This document shows positions 37,141 through 51,012 of a stretch of DNA of 64,000 nucleotides, in pieces. Within the stretch, counting starts at the first letter, position 1; each line of letters opens with the position of its first letter. Under the pieces are notes generated by a model that saw only the letters and a program-made list of their open reading frames with translations, had not been told where the DNA came from and made no database searches. The stretch is from an uncultured Gemmatimonadales bacterium. GTDB lineage: Bacteria > Gemmatimonadota > Gemmatimonadetes > Longimicrobiales > RSA9. The stretch covers positions 3,712,001-3,776,000 of the forward strand of contig OY970192.1 in NCBI GenBank assembly GCA_963708135.1, written 5' to 3'. The translations under genes and the position numbers were made by a program.

Positions 37141-39681
37141 TTGGACGGACTGGTAATCGATCTGCGCGCGGCCGTGCGCCAGTTGCGCAGCCATCCCGGC
37201 GCCATCCGACGGGCGGGCCGCCGACTGCTGCGCGCACCGGGCTTCTCCGTGGCGGCGCTCGTCACCCTGACCCTCGGGCTCGGCGGCGCCGCGGCCGTCT
37301 TTGCCGTGGTGAATGGCGTGCTTCTCGAGCCGCTCCCTTATCCTGATCCCCAGCGGCTCGTCAACCTCTCCCACACCCTCGCCATCTCCGGCCTCACTCG
37401 CGTCAACCAGTCGGACGCCACGTACCTCGTCTACAAGTCGGACAACCGCGTCTTCACGGATGTCGGGCTCTACCGCGAGGCGGCGGTGAACCTGATGCCG
37501 GCGGCCGGCGGCGGTCCGACCGGCGTGGGAGCGGCCACCCCCGAGCGTGTTTCCGCCGGCTTCGTCACCGGCAGCGTCTTCGGCGTCCTCGGCGCCCGGG
37601 CCGTGCGCGGGCGGACGCTCTCGGCCGCCGACGGGCAGCCCGGCGCGCTGCCGGTGGTCGTGCTCTCGAACGGGCTCTGGCGGCGCGCGTTCGGCGGCGA
37701 CCCGCGCGTCCTCGGCCGCAACGTCGCCATCGATGGGGTGGAGCGGGAGGTCGTCGGCGTCATGCCGGCGCGCTTCGACCTGCCGGACGCGACGACGTCG
37801 CTGTGGGTGCCGGTCTCCATCGACCCCGCGCACACGCGCTCGGCCGCCTTCGACTACCACGCCGTGGCACGGCTGCGCCCGGGCGTCACGCCGGCCCGGG
37901 CCGCCGCGGACCTGCAGCGGCTGCTGCCGACGGTGCCCGTCGTCTACCCGGGCCGCCTCACCGCCGGCGCGATCACCGCCACGCACATGCGGGCCGTCGT
38001 CCGGCCGCTCCGCGAGCTCGTCGTCGGCGACATCGGCAAGGTGCTCTGGGTCGTGCTCGGCGCCGTCGCCGTGCTGCTCCTGATCGCGTGCGTGAACGTG
38101 GCCAACCTCTTCCTGGCCCGCGCGGAGACCCGGCAGCGCGACATGGCCGTGCACCGCGCGCTCGGCGCGGGGGCGACAGTGCTCGCCGCCGAGTACCTGT
38201 GGGAGGCGGCGCTGCTGGTCGCCGCGGGCGCCGTGCTCGGGCTGGCCGCGGCGGCGATCGGCTTGCACGTGCTCCGCTCGCTGCCCGCCGCGGCGCGCAT
38301 TCCGCGCCTCGGCGACGTGCGGGTGGACGGCCCCGTGGTGGCGATCACCGTTCTGGCAGCGGCGGTCGCCGCGCTGGGCGTCAGTCTCGTCCCGGCCCTG
38401 CGGGCGCGCTCGGTCTCGCTGGCGGAGGCCATGCGCGGGGGCGGGCGCGGGGCGACGGCGGGGCGACGGGGCGCGCTCACGCGGCGGGGACTCGTGACCG
38501 CACAGGTCGCGCTGGCGCTGCTGCTCCTCGCCGGGGCGGGGCTGCTGGCGCGCAGCTTTCAGCGGCTGCGCGCGGTGGATCCCGGCTTCTCGGCCGACCA
38601 GGCGCTGAGCTTCCGCCTCGCCCTGCCGCCGGCCGATGCACCGGACGCCGGCGCCATTGCACGGACGGCCGTCCGCACGCTCGACGCGCTTCGCGCGCTG
38701 CCCGGTGTTCGCGATGTCGGCGCCGTCACGCAGCTCCCGCTCGACCCCGAGGGCCGCCAGGACAGCGCGGTCTTCGTGGAGGACCGGCCCCTCGAGCCCG
38801 GCCAGATCCCGGGGATCCACGAGATCGTCTTCGCGACGCCCGGCTACTTCCAGGCAATGCACATCCCCTTCGTGGCGGGGCGCCTTTTCGCGCCGCCCGA
38901 TGCCGGCGGCGACCCGACGCGCCAGCCGCGCGAGGTGGTCGTCAGCCGCGCGCTGGCCGACCGCTACTGGCCGGGCGGCAACGCGATCGGCAAGCGCGTG
39001 CGCATGAGCGCCGGCGACCCGTGGTCCACCATCGTCGGCGTGGTGGGGAGCGTTCACGATGCGGGACTCGAGCAGCCGGCCGGCCTGGCCGTCTACGTGC
39101 CGCTGGTGAACGTGGGCCCGGACGGGACGCCGTGGGCGCCGCGCGACATCGCCTTCGTCGTCCGCGCCACGGGCGACGCCGCGGCGCTGACCGGCGCCGT
39201 GCGCGCCGCCGTGGAGCGCGTCGCGCCGGCGCTGCCGGTATTCCGCGTGACGCCGCTCGCGCAGCTCGTGTCGGCTGCCATGGCTCGGACGAGCTTCACG
39301 CTGCTGCTGCTCGCCATCGCCGCGGTGATCGCCCTCGGCATCGGCGCCGCGGGGATCTACGGCGTGATCTCGTACCTCGTGAGCCGGCGCACGCGCGAGC
39401 TCGGCATCCGCATGGCGCTCGGCGCCCGCCCCGGCACCGTGCGCGGCCTCGTCGTCCGCGAAGCCGTAGGCGACGCCGCGCTGGGCGTGCTCGCCGGGCT
39501 CGCCGCCGCCGCCGTGCTCACCCGCGCGCTCGGCGCGCTCCTCTTCCACATCGGCACCACCGACCCGCTGGCGCTCGGCGGCGCCGCCATCGTGCTCCTC
39601 GCCACCGCCACCGCCGCGAGCTGGGTGCCCGCGCGGCGGGCGGCGGCCGTGGACCCGGCCACGGCGCTGCGCGCGGAGTAG
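37141..39681 (+). CDS. ABC transporter permease, ADOP (duplicated MacB/FtsX) family
   Basis: LRAPGFS..LGLG, LLIACVNVANL, QVALALLLLAGAGL, GIYGVISY.VSRRTRELGIRMALGA, PARRAAAVDP..ALRAE; TTG start at 37141 likely. Confidence 0.93.
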   Translation: MDGLVIDLRAAVRQLRSHPGAIRRAGRRLLRAPGFSVAALVTLTLGLGGAAAVFAVVNGVLLEPLPYPDPQRLVNLSHTLAISGLTRVNQSDATYLVYKSDNRVFTDVGLYREAAVNLMPAAGGGPTGVGAATPERVSAGFVTGSVFGVLGARAVRGRTLSAADGQPGALPVVVLSNGLWRRAFGGDPRVLGRNVAIDGVEREVVGVMPARFDLPDATTSLWVPVSIDPAHTRSAAFDYHAVARLRPGVTPARAAADLQRLLPTVPVVYPGRLTAGAITATHMRAVVRPLRELVVGDIGKVLWVVLGAVAVLLLIACVNVANLFLARAETRQRDMAVHRALGAGATVLAAEYLWEAALLVAAGAVLGLAAAAIGLHVLRSLPAAARIPRLGDVRVDGPVVAITVLAAAVAALGVSLVPALRARSVSLAEAMRGGGRGATAGRRGALTRRGLVTAQVALALLLLAGAGLLARSFQRLRAVDPGFSADQALSFRLALPPADAPDAGAIARTAVRTLDALRALPGVRDVGAVTQLPLDPEGRQDSAVFVEDRPLEPGQIPGIHEIVFATPGYFQAMHIPFVAGRLFAPPDAGGDPTRQPREVVVSRALADRYWPGGNAIGKRVRMSAGDPWSTIVGVVGSVHDAGLEQPAGLAVYVPLVNVGPDGTPWAPRDIAFVVRATGDAAALTGAVRAAVERVAPALPVFRVTPLAQLVSAAMARTSFTLLLLAIAAVIALGIGAAGIYGVISYLVSRRTRELGIRMALGARPGTVRGLVVREAVGDAALGVLAGLAAAAVLTRALGALLFHIGTTDPLALGGAAIVLLATATAASWVPARRAAAVDPATALRAE

Positions 39682-39753
39682 GCCCCGGACCCTGCGGCCC
39701 GCCCGCCGGCCTGCCGCGACGCGTCGCGCAGGGCCGGCAGGCCGGGCGGCGCG

Positions 39754-40815
39754 CTACATCCCGTGCGCGGTGAGCCAGGCGTCGAAGCGGGCCGCGATCG
39801 CGTCACGGTTCGCGGATAGCCATTCGTCGTCGCGGGGAACCGTCTCGGCGGCGTAGGTGGAGGGGAGGTACGGCTTCATCGCGGGGTCGGCCGCGGACGC
39901 GGCGTTCGCGTTGGCCGGGGCGTAAGGGATGTACTTTGACAGCTCGGCGTTGTGGTCCGCAGACGTGATGTAGGCGATGAGGTCCATGGCGGCGTCCTTG
40001 TGGCGCGAGCCTTTCGGGATCACGAGGTAGTCGGCCTGGATGAGCGCGCCGTTCCACTGGATGTCGATCGGATCGCCCGCCTGCTGAAAGCTGTAAACCC
40101 GGCCGTTGTAGCAGATGCCCATGACGGCTGCGCCGTCGGCCAGCATCTGCGGACACTCCTGCCCGTCCTGCCACCAGACGATCTGGTCGGCAATGGTCTC
40201 CAGCTTGGCCAGGGCGCGGTCGAGATCGAGCGGGTAGAGCGCGTTCGGATCGACCCCGTCCGCGAGCAGCGCGGCCTCGAGGATGCCGCTCCCGGTGGCG
40301 GAGCGGCGGATGGCGCGCTTGCCGGGGAAGCGCTGCAGGTCGAAGAAATCCGCCCAGCTCTGCGGTTTCGCGCCGCCCCATGCGTCGGTTCTGTAGGCCT
40401 GCACGAGCCCCCAGCGCATGACCGGCACGCGGTAACCGGTGGTGCGGAACCGGTCCGGCTGTAGCTCGTCGCAGGGCACCTTCGAGCAGTCGATGGGCTC
40501 CAGCAGGTCCTGGCTATCGCTCAGCCCGAAGTCGTTCTCCACGTCCACCATGTCCCAGGCGACGGCGCCGCTGGCGACCATCGCCTCGAGCGTCTGGTAG
40601 TCGGTCGGCTCGTCCTGCAGGATCGTCGTCCGCGGGTGCGACTGGGCGTACGGATCGAACCAGGCCTTCGTCATCGCGGTCTGGTAGTCGCCGCCCCAGC
40701 TCACGACCGCGAGCGTGTCGGGGGCCACGGTGTTCGGAAAGGTGTTGTCGCCGCAGGCGGCCGCCGCCAGCGAGAGGAGCGCAGCGGGAAGAAGACGGCG
40801 GCTGAAGCGTCGCAT
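39754..40815 (-). CDS. PotD/PotF-like ABC substrate-binding lipoprotein (orphan)
   Basis: Lipobox AAAC; SWGGDYQ, SWADFFD..FPGKR, LEAALLADGV, YNGR. Confidence 0.9.
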   Translation of the reverse strand: MRRFSRRLLPAALLSLAAAACGDNTFPNTVAPDTLAVVSWGGDYQTAMTKAWFDPYAQSHPRTTILQDEPTDYQTLEAMVASGAVAWDMVDVENDFGLSDSQDLLEPIDCSKVPCDELQPDRFRTTGYRVPVMRWGLVQAYRTDAWGGAKPQSWADFFDLQRFPGKRAIRRSATGSGILEAALLADGVDPNALYPLDLDRALAKLETIADQIVWWQDGQECPQMLADGAAVMGICYNGRVYSFQQAGDPIDIQWNGALIQADYLVIPKGSRHKDAAMDLIAYITSADHNAELSKYIPYAPANANAASAADPAMKPYLPSTYAAETVPRDDEWLSANRDAIAARFDAWLTAHGM

Positions 40816-40912
40816 GTTGATGTCCTCCATGAAGGCGGTCGGCCGCCGGCGCTCCGTCTCCCGCGCGGAGCTCGCACGGGAGACGGGGCGCGCGGCGCGG
40901 CCGTCGCTGCAC

Positions 40913-42544
40913 CTACCGGGTGAAATGGAAGTCGGCCGTCCGCTGCTGGCCGTCGGTGAACTGCAAGGTAAGGCGCCGGCAGGTGCCCGCCCATGCCTTC
41001 TGCGTCTTCCAGACGTAGGTGTACTGGTCGGTGGTCGGGTCGTAGGAGAGGCTGCTGCCCCCGGCCGTGACCGTCTCCGTCACGTCGCTGGTGGCGCCCG
41101 ATAGCTCACAGGCGATCGGCTCGGAGACCGGGGAGCCGGCAGCGAAGACGCCCAGGCCTCGATCCCCGCCCAGGCTGAACTTCACGGGGACGGCCCGGCC
41201 GCCTTTGACCTCGTTCAGCCCGGTGCCGATCGGGGCGAAGAAGCCCGTGAAGTCGAACCCGGTGGTCTCGAAGGCGCCAATGTCGCAGCCGGCGCCCTGC
41301 GGCCGGGTGACGTCGCGCTGATCCACGTGGATCGGGTCGCCACAGCCGTTCGTGCCGGCCGGGATGGCATCGATGGCCGGGCTGCCGGTCTCGAGGGCGA
41401 TCGTCGGCGTGGGTCCGCCGTTGTCCTGCAGGCCGGCGGGGTCGAGCTGCGGGTCCGTTGGCCACTGCGAGGTCGCCGCGCTGAGGCCGCACGTCGTCCC
41501 GTCCTCCAGGTTGTAGCCGTCATCGATGGGCGCGCCGGCCGAGCAGTTGCCGCCAATGTTCCCGCTGAGGATCGTGTTGGCGAGGTGCGTGGTCCCCTCC
41601 TTGACCTCGATCCCGCCCCCACTGCCCGCGTCGGCGGTGTTCCCGGCAATGGTGCTGCTCAGGATCGTGAGCTCTGTGAATTCGCTGTAGATTCCGGCGC
41701 CCTCGGGGGCGCTGTTGCCGGCGATGGTGCTGTTTGTGATCGTAGCCAGCGTGCCTTCGACCCCCCCAATGCCGCCGATCTCGAGCGAACCGCTGTTGCC
41801 GGAGATCGTGCTGTTGAGGATCGTGAGGTCGGCGTACAGCGAGAAGAGCCCTCCCGCTACCGTTGCGTCGTTGTCCCGGATGATGCTGTGCGTGATCGTG
41901 GAACGCCCGCCCACGCTGCCGATTCCGCCTCCGTATCCGTCAACAGAGTGATTGTCCGCCACCGTGGTATGATCCACCGTCAGCGCGCCGGCGGCGTTGA
42001 AGATGCCCCCTCCGAGCACTTCCTCCCCGGTGTTGCCCGATATGACGCTGTAGCTGACCGTCAGGGTCCCCTCGTTCTTGATGCCACTGCCACCATCATC
42101 CGTGCCACCGTAGATGGAGCCGCCGGTGATGGTGAGGCCGGAGATCGAGGCCGTCGTGCCTTTGGTGACGTGGAAGATCCGGAACTCATGCGTCCCCTCC
42201 GGGTCGACTCGATCCACGGTGAGCTGGTCGGCGCCGGGTCCCTGGATGCTCACGTCGCGGTCGAGGTCGAGCTCGCCCCTCTCGTTGTCGAGCACGATCG
42301 TGCCGGTCACGGTGAAGGTGATGGTGGCGCCGGGATCGGCGAGGGCGAGGGCGTCGCGCAGCGTGCAACCGGCATCGGTGCACGTGCCGTCGCCATCGTC
42401 GGCGAGGCTGTTGACAACCGGTGCGCCCGGCACCTCGGTAAAGGAGGGCCGCGCCGCGGGAACGGCGGTAGGCAGCTCGCGGTCGGCGCAGCCGGCGAGG
42501 GCAGCCAGGGCGAGGGGGAGCACGAGAAGGACGGGAGCTCGCAT
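40913..42544 (-). CDS. Surface lipoprotein: CSLREA-like motif, beta-helix repeats, choice-of-anchor-Q-like and C-terminal PxKF domains
   Basis: Lipobox LAGC; CTLRDAL; repeated STISGN/GGGI; DNGGPTPT..L..GSPAIDA, DQR...CDIGAFE; VPVKFSL, YTYVWKT. Confidence 0.85.
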   Translation of the reverse strand: MRAPVLLVLPLALAALAGCADRELPTAVPAARPSFTEVPGAPVVNSLADDGDGTCTDAGCTLRDALALADPGATITFTVTGTIVLDNERGELDLDRDVSIQGPGADQLTVDRVDPEGTHEFRIFHVTKGTTASISGLTITGGSIYGGTDDGGSGIKNEGTLTVSYSVISGNTGEEVLGGGIFNAAGALTVDHTTVADNHSVDGYGGGIGSVGGRSTITHSIIRDNDATVAGGLFSLYADLTILNSTISGNSGSLEIGGIGGVEGTLATITNSTIAGNSAPEGAGIYSEFTELTILSSTIAGNTADAGSGGGIEVKEGTTHLANTILSGNIGGNCSAGAPIDDGYNLEDGTTCGLSAATSQWPTDPQLDPAGLQDNGGPTPTIALETGSPAIDAIPAGTNGCGDPIHVDQRDVTRPQGAGCDIGAFETTGFDFTGFFAPIGTGLNEVKGGRAVPVKFSLGGDRGLGVFAAGSPVSEPIACELSGATSDVTETVTAGGSSLSYDPTTDQYTYVWKTQKAWAGTCRRLTLQFTDGQQRTADFHFTR

Positions 42545-42793
42545 GATGTTCTCCGACAGTTGGTGGTTGTGGACCGACGGCCCGGCGGGGGCCGTGCGGC
42601 AACCGCTCCCGGCATCGTGAGAGCGTGGCCTCCACAGGGCACTACGCAACCCTGTCGGTTCGGGGATCATCGGCTCGGTCAACTCCGCGCGAACCCTGTT
42701 GCGGTGTGCGTGCACGGCGGCGATCTTGGACCGATCCCGCCACGGCTCTTCCAGCAGACCCTTCGAAGCGGAACGGAAGGAACGAGCACGCCA

Positions 42794-43359
42794 ATGCCTG
42801 GCTCGGATTCCAGCGACATCACCGACCTGCTCCGCGTCGCGCGTGCGGGCGACCGCGAGGCGCTGGAGGCGGTGTTCACGCGGGTCTACGGCGAGCTGCG
42901 CGAGCTGGCGCACTGGGTCCGCCGGGGCCGGGCGGGAGAGACGCTTTCGACGACCGTGCTGGTCCACGAGGCGTACCTGAAGCTGGTGCCGGGCGCCGGG
43001 CTCGATGTGCGCGACCGCCGCCACTTCTTCGCCGTGGCGGCGCGTGCCATGCGGCAGGTGCTGGTGGATGCGGCGCGGCGCGCGGGGGCAGCGAAGCGCG
43101 GTGGCGGCGCGCCGCTGATCACCCTCAATGCCGCGGCCGACGTGGCCGCCATGCGGCCGGAGCGGCTGCTGGCGCTGGACGAGGCGCTGGCGCGGCTGGC
43201 CCAGCTCGATGAGCGGCAGTCGCGGGTGATCGAATACCGCTTCTTCGCCGGGCTCTCGGTCGAGGAGGTGGCGCAGGTCCTGGGGGTCTCCGCTCCCACG
43301 GTGAAGCGGGACTGGCGGGTGGCGCGGGCGTGGATCCTGACGGAGCTCGAGGCCGCGTC

Positions 43360-43363
<4 letters not shown>
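42794..43363 (+). CDS. ECF sigma factor (TIGR02999/ECF43-like, kinase-associated)
   Basis: DITDLL, VYGELRELA, TLSTTVLVHEAYLKL, HFFAVAARAMRQVLVD, RFFAGLS.EE.A, TVKRDW. Confidence 0.92.
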
Positions 43364-46620
<3,257 letters not shown>

Positions 46621-46633
46621 GCGACGGGCGTGT

Positions 46634-46667
46634 GAAACGGGCATGCCGGAGCCGGCATGCCCGTTTC
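46634..46667. terminator. Strong hairpin between convergent genes
   Basis: GAAACGGGCATGCCGG-AG-CCGGCATGCCCGTTTC: perfect 16-bp inverted repeat. Confidence 0.65.
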
Positions 46668-46689
46668 GCATCGCCCGAGCGAGCCGCCT

Positions 46690-49600
46690 CTACGAGGCCG
46701 GCCGCAGCGTGTTCGCCTTTCCCGTGGCCGCTTCGAGCTTCGCCTCTCCCTCCGCCGCTTCCTTTGCCAGCTGCCGGTAGACCGCCTGCTGCGCCGGCGT
46801 GGGGCGGGCGTAGGCCAGGTCGATGTCGGCGGCCAGGTAGGCCAGGTGGCTGCGCAGCAGCGTCTCATGCAGCAGGCTGCCCTCGCTGGAGTGCAGGTCG
46901 AGCTGCACGAGCTGGCCAATGGCGTCGTTCAGCGCCGCGAGCGCGCGCGCGGCGTCGGAGCCGGCTCCCTTCGAGGCCTTGCCCGGCGCGGCTTTCGCGC
47001 CGCGGCTGCGGGCGGCCGCGCGGCTTGCGGCGCCACCCTGCCCTTGCGCGCCGGCCGCGCCCGTGCCCACTGCCTCTGCCAGCGCGTCCCGCGCCTCGAT
47101 CGCGCGATTGAGCGCGGTGTCCAGCGTGTCGAGCGTGCCGTGGATGCGGAGCTGCAGGGCGAGGCGGGCCTGCAGGTCGGCGGGCGTGGCCTTCACGCGA
47201 GGGTCGAGCGTGACCTCGAAGGGCTTGCGCAACGTCTGCCCGCCGTAGCTCAGCTCGACCGTGTACGTGCCGGGGGCGACGACGGGGCCGTCCACCTCAT
47301 CCGGCAGCCCGCCGGCGGCAATGGGCGGCTCGAAGCCGGTCACCTCGGTGGCATCGGCGTAGCGCAGGTCCCATTGGAAGCGGTTCATGCCGGGCTCGGC
47401 GGCGGTGTGGCGGCGGTCGCGGAAGGCCTTCCGCTCGGTGGGCGTGCCCTGCTCGGCGATGCGGGTGCTGTCCTCCTTCGAGACCTTCTCCTTCGGGTGC
47501 AGCGTGAAGCTGCGCACGAGCTTCCCCTGCGCGTTCTCGAAGGAGAGCTTCACCGGCGTGCTCCCATCCCAGCTCTCCGGGAGGTGGAAGTAGACCGTGG
47601 CGCCGAAGGGCGGGTTCTTTCCGGCGTCGTGGCCGCCGTATCCACCCGCGCCGTAGGCGTGGCTGAGCCAGGCGCGCTCGGGGGCGAAGAGGGCGGCGGC
47701 ATCGCCCGCGACGGGCGGCTGCCTCGTCGCCTGCTCGAGGAGGGTGAGGTCATCGAGGACCCAGAAGGCGCGCCCGTGCGTGGCGGCGGCCACCATGCCC
47801 TGGCGCGTGTCGATCGCCAGGTCGCGCACCTGGACCGTCGGCAGGTTCAGCGCGAGCGGCTGCCAGTGCGCGCCGCGGTCGAGGCTCACGTAGACCGTGC
47901 TCTTCGTCCCCGCGAACAGCAGGTCGGCATCGTTCGGGTCCTGCCGGACGGCCATGACGTACTCGTCGCCCGGGATCCCGTCCGTGATCGCGGTCCAGTG
48001 CGCGCCGTAGTCTGTGGTCCTGAAGACGTACGGCTTGAAGTCGTCCCACATGTAGCGCCGCACGGCCAGGTAGGCGGCGGCCGGGTCGGCGTGGTCGGGG
48101 TCGATGGCGCTCGTATAGAAGGCGTGCGGCAGCCCGGGCGGGGTCACGTCGGTCCAGCTCTTCCCGCCATCCTTCGTTACGTGCACGAGCCCGTCATCAG
48201 AGCCGGCCCAGATCACGCCCGCGTCCTTCGGCGAGGGGGCGATGGCGGAGACGGTGGCGTAGATCTCGGCGCCGGACTGGTCGAGGTCAACCGGCCCGCC
48301 GCTGGGCGCCTCGGTCTTCGCCTCGTCGCGCGTGAGGTCGGGGCTCACGGTCTGCCACGTCGCGCCGTGGTCCATGCTCTTCATGACGTACTGCGAGCCG
48401 ACGAGCAGCTCGCTCGGGTCGGCGGGCGAGAAGACGATCGGGTGCGTCCAGGCGAAGCGGTACTTCAGCTCTCCCGAGGACGCGCCCTCCTGGTATCTCG
48501 GCCACGGGCTCGCGCTGCTCAGCTCGCCGGTGCGCTGGTCCTTCTTCAGGAAGATGCTGAAGTAGCCGCTGCCGTAGGTGACGTCCGGGTTGCCGGGCTC
48601 CGGCACGGACGGCGTGCTCTCGCCGTAGGCGGTCTCGTGCCACGCGTCGAGGCCGATCGAGCCGCCGGGGCTCGCGCTCGGCCCCTCCGTCGCGCCCTCG
48701 TCCTGCTGCGCGCCGTAGATGTGGAACGGGAAGCGGTCGTCGATGTTCACGTGGTAGAACTGCCCGGTGGGCTGGTTGTGCTCGCCGCTCCACGTCTTGC
48801 CGCTGTCGGTCGAAACCGTGGCACCGCCGTCGTTGCCCTCGAGCATGATGTCGGGGTGCTCGGGGTTCACCCAGATGATGTGGTTGTCCCCGTGCGGCGG
48901 GCGCACGCGCTTGAACGTCTTCCCTCCGTCATGCGACGTGTACACCCCATCCACCTGCGGCATGTACACGGTGTTCGGGTCCGTCGGGTTCACCGTGATG
49001 GCCATGTAGTAGAACGCGCGCTGGCGCAGCTTCATCTCGTCGTTCACGCGCGTCCAGGTCGCGCCCGCGTCGTCGGAGCGGAAGACACCGCCGTCGCGGG
49101 CCTGGATGGCCGCGTAGACCACGTTCGGGGCGCTCGGTGCGACGGCCACGCCGATCTTGCCAAGAGGACCCGCCGGCAGGCCCGGTCTCTTCGAGATGTT
49201 CGTCCAGTGCTCGCCGCCATCCGTGCTCTTGTAGGTGCCGCTGCCCGCCCCGCCGCTCTGCAGCGTCCACGGCGTGCGATACGCCTGCCAGGTGGCGGCG
49301 TAGAGGATGTCGGGGTTGGTGGGGTCCATGACCAGGCTGACCGCACCCGTGCTGTCGTTCACGAACAGCACCTTGCGCCAGGTCCTGCCGCCGTCCGTGG
49401 ACTTGAAGACGCCGCGGTGCGGGCCGGGCACGAAGACGTGGCCCATGGACGCGGCGTAGACGACGTTCTCATCCCGCGGGTCCACCACCAGCGCCATGGT
49501 CGTGTGCGTGTCCTCGAGCCCGGCCGCGTGCCAGGTCTTGCCGGCATCGTCGGAGCGGAAGACGCCATCACCCGTGATCATGTCGCCGCGGATGTCCGCC

Positions 49601-50004
49601 TCGCCGGTGCCGGCGTAGATCACCTTCGCGTTCGACGGCGCCACGGCCAGCGCGCCGATGCTCTGGCTCGAGCCGGGCAGCGTGCTGTCCGAGATGTTCT
49701 TCCACTCGAGGCCGTAGTCCGTGCTCTTCCAGATGCCGCCGTCCACGGCGCCCATGTAGAAGAGGTTCGGCTCGGCCGGGACGCCCGCGATGGCCACGAC
49801 GCGCCCGCCGACGTACGGCCCGATGCTGCGCCACGCGAGCTTCGAGAGCGCCGGGCGGGCGGACGTGGCGCCCTGCGCGGCGGCGGGGGCGGGCATGACG
49901 CTCAGGGCAAAGAGGGTGGCGAGTGCACCGGCGAGCGCGGCGATGCGCGCGGGCGGCAGTGTGGCGTGGGCGTGGTGCCTCCGATGGTGGGTGAGAGGTC
50001 GCAT
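46690..50004 (-). CDS. VPS10/BNR (Asp-box) beta-propeller 'glycosyl hydrolase'
   Basis: WRSIGP..GGRV, repeated SxDxGxTW Asp-boxes, PHGDNH, GNDGG, QFYHV, ATHGRAFWVLDD. Confidence 0.9.
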   Translation of the reverse strand: MRPLTHHRRHHAHATLPPARIAALAGALATLFALSVMPAPAAAQGATSARPALSKLAWRSIGPYVGGRVVAIAGVPAEPNLFYMGAVDGGIWKSTDYGLEWKNISDSTLPGSSQSIGALAVAPSNAKVIYAGTGEADIRGDMITGDGVFRSDDAGKTWHAAGLEDTHTTMALVVDPRDENVVYAASMGHVFVPGPHRGVFKSTDGGRTWRKVLFVNDSTGAVSLVMDPTNPDILYAATWQAYRTPWTLQSGGAGSGTYKSTDGGEHWTNISKRPGLPAGPLGKIGVAVAPSAPNVVYAAIQARDGGVFRSDDAGATWTRVNDEMKLRQRAFYYMAITVNPTDPNTVYMPQVDGVYTSHDGGKTFKRVRPPHGDNHIIWVNPEHPDIMLEGNDGGATVSTDSGKTWSGEHNQPTGQFYHVNIDDRFPFHIYGAQQDEGATEGPSASPGGSIGLDAWHETAYGESTPSVPEPGNPDVTYGSGYFSIFLKKDQRTGELSSASPWPRYQEGASSGELKYRFAWTHPIVFSPADPSELLVGSQYVMKSMDHGATWQTVSPDLTRDEAKTEAPSGGPVDLDQSGAEIYATVSAIAPSPKDAGVIWAGSDDGLVHVTKDGGKSWTDVTPPGLPHAFYTSAIDPDHADPAAAYLAVRRYMWDDFKPYVFRTTDYGAHWTAITDGIPGDEYVMAVRQDPNDADLLFAGTKSTVYVSLDRGAHWQPLALNLPTVQVRDLAIDTRQGMVAAATHGRAFWVLDDLTLLEQATRQPPVAGDAAALFAPERAWLSHAYGAGGYGGHDAGKNPPFGATVYFHLPESWDGSTPVKLSFENAQGKLVRSFTLHPKEKVSKEDSTRIAEQGTPTERKAFRDRRHTAAEPGMNRFQWDLRYADATEVTGFEPPIAAGGLPDEVDGPVVAPGTYTVELSYGGQTLRKPFEVTLDPRVKATPADLQARLALQLRIHGTLDTLDTALNRAIEARDALAEAVGTGAAGAQGQGGAASRAAARSRGAKAAPGKASKGAGSDAARALAALNDAIGQLVQLDLHSSEGSLLHETLLRSHLAYLAADIDLAYARPTPAQQAVYRQLAKEAAEGEAKLEAATGKANTLRPAS

Positions 50005-50234
50005 GACTCCATCTCCTCCAAGTGCGCGCCAGGGATACGCGGCCGGGCGCGCAGGGGGTGCGGCCCTGCGCGTGGTCCGGGACGTCGGACTGCACGGGAG
50101 TGAATGGGGCAAGGTATGCGGGGCCGCGCGGGCCAGGCAACCCGTCGTCCTCGGAGCCGCCGGCGTGGCGCGGCGGCATGGCACGGCATATGAACGCCCG
50201 GAGGCCAGCTACTCGCCGCAGTGCAGGAGACCTC

Positions 50235-50894
50235 ATGATGAAGATCGGCATCATCGGCGCCGGCCACATCGGCGGCACGCTCACGCGCCGGCTCTCGGCG
50301 CTCGGCCACGACGTCGCCGTCGCGAACTCGCGCGGGCCGGACACGCTCGCCGACCTTGCCGCCGAGACCGGCGCGACCGCCGTGACGGCCCGGAACGCCA
50401 CGCGCCGCCGGGACGTCGTGATCGTGGCCATTCCGGAGGCGGCGGTGCCGGACCTGCCGGACGAGCTGTTCGAGAGCGTGGCGGACGACGTCGCCATCGT
50501 GGACACGGGGAACTATTACCCGCAACGGGACGGGCGCATCCCCGCGATCGAGGAGGGGGTGCCGGAGAGCCGCTGGGTGTCGCAGCAGCTCGGCCGGCCC
50601 GTCGTGAAGGCGTTCAACACCATCCGCGCGGGCGACCTCGCGGCGCTCGGCCGGCCCGCGGGCACGCCGGACCGCATCGGGCTGCCGGTCGCCGGCGATG
50701 AAGCCGAGCAGAAGCAGCTCGTCATGCGGCTCGTCGAGGATCTCGGGTTCGACGCCGTGGACGCGGGAGAGCTGGACGACTCGTGGCGCCAGCAGCCGGG
50801 CACGCCCGTCTACGCCGCCAACCTCAATGCCGTCGGCGTGCGGCACGCGCTCGCGCAGGTTAAGCCGGGGCGGCCAGCGGGTTTCCGGGCGTGA
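50235..50894 (+). CDS. NADPH-dependent F420 reductase-like dinucleotide-binding enzyme
   Basis: KIGIIGAGHIG, ANSRGP, DTGNYYP.RDG, VVKAFN, SWRQQPGTP. Confidence 0.9.
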   Translation: MMKIGIIGAGHIGGTLTRRLSALGHDVAVANSRGPDTLADLAAETGATAVTARNATRRRDVVIVAIPEAAVPDLPDELFESVADDVAIVDTGNYYPQRDGRIPAIEEGVPESRWVSQQLGRPVVKAFNTIRAGDLAALGRPAGTPDRIGLPVAGDEAEQKQLVMRLVEDLGFDAVDAGELDDSWRQQPGTPVYAANLNAVGVRHALAQVKPGRPAGFRA

Positions 50895-51012
50895 CCGCGG
50901 AGCCTGATCGTAGAACCACTGTGCACGCTCGAGGCGGTCGAGACCTTACGCCTCCGGCTGCCGCTCTTGCGACCAGCAGCCGGACCAAACTCCGCCAGGA
51001 AACCGGTACCCA

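Noticed and set aside
50179..50194. Sigma54 promoter TGGCACGGCATATGAA (and a weaker one at ~37105)
   Set aside because: The -12 GC is not conserved and no enhancer-binding protein is nearby; too weak to call.
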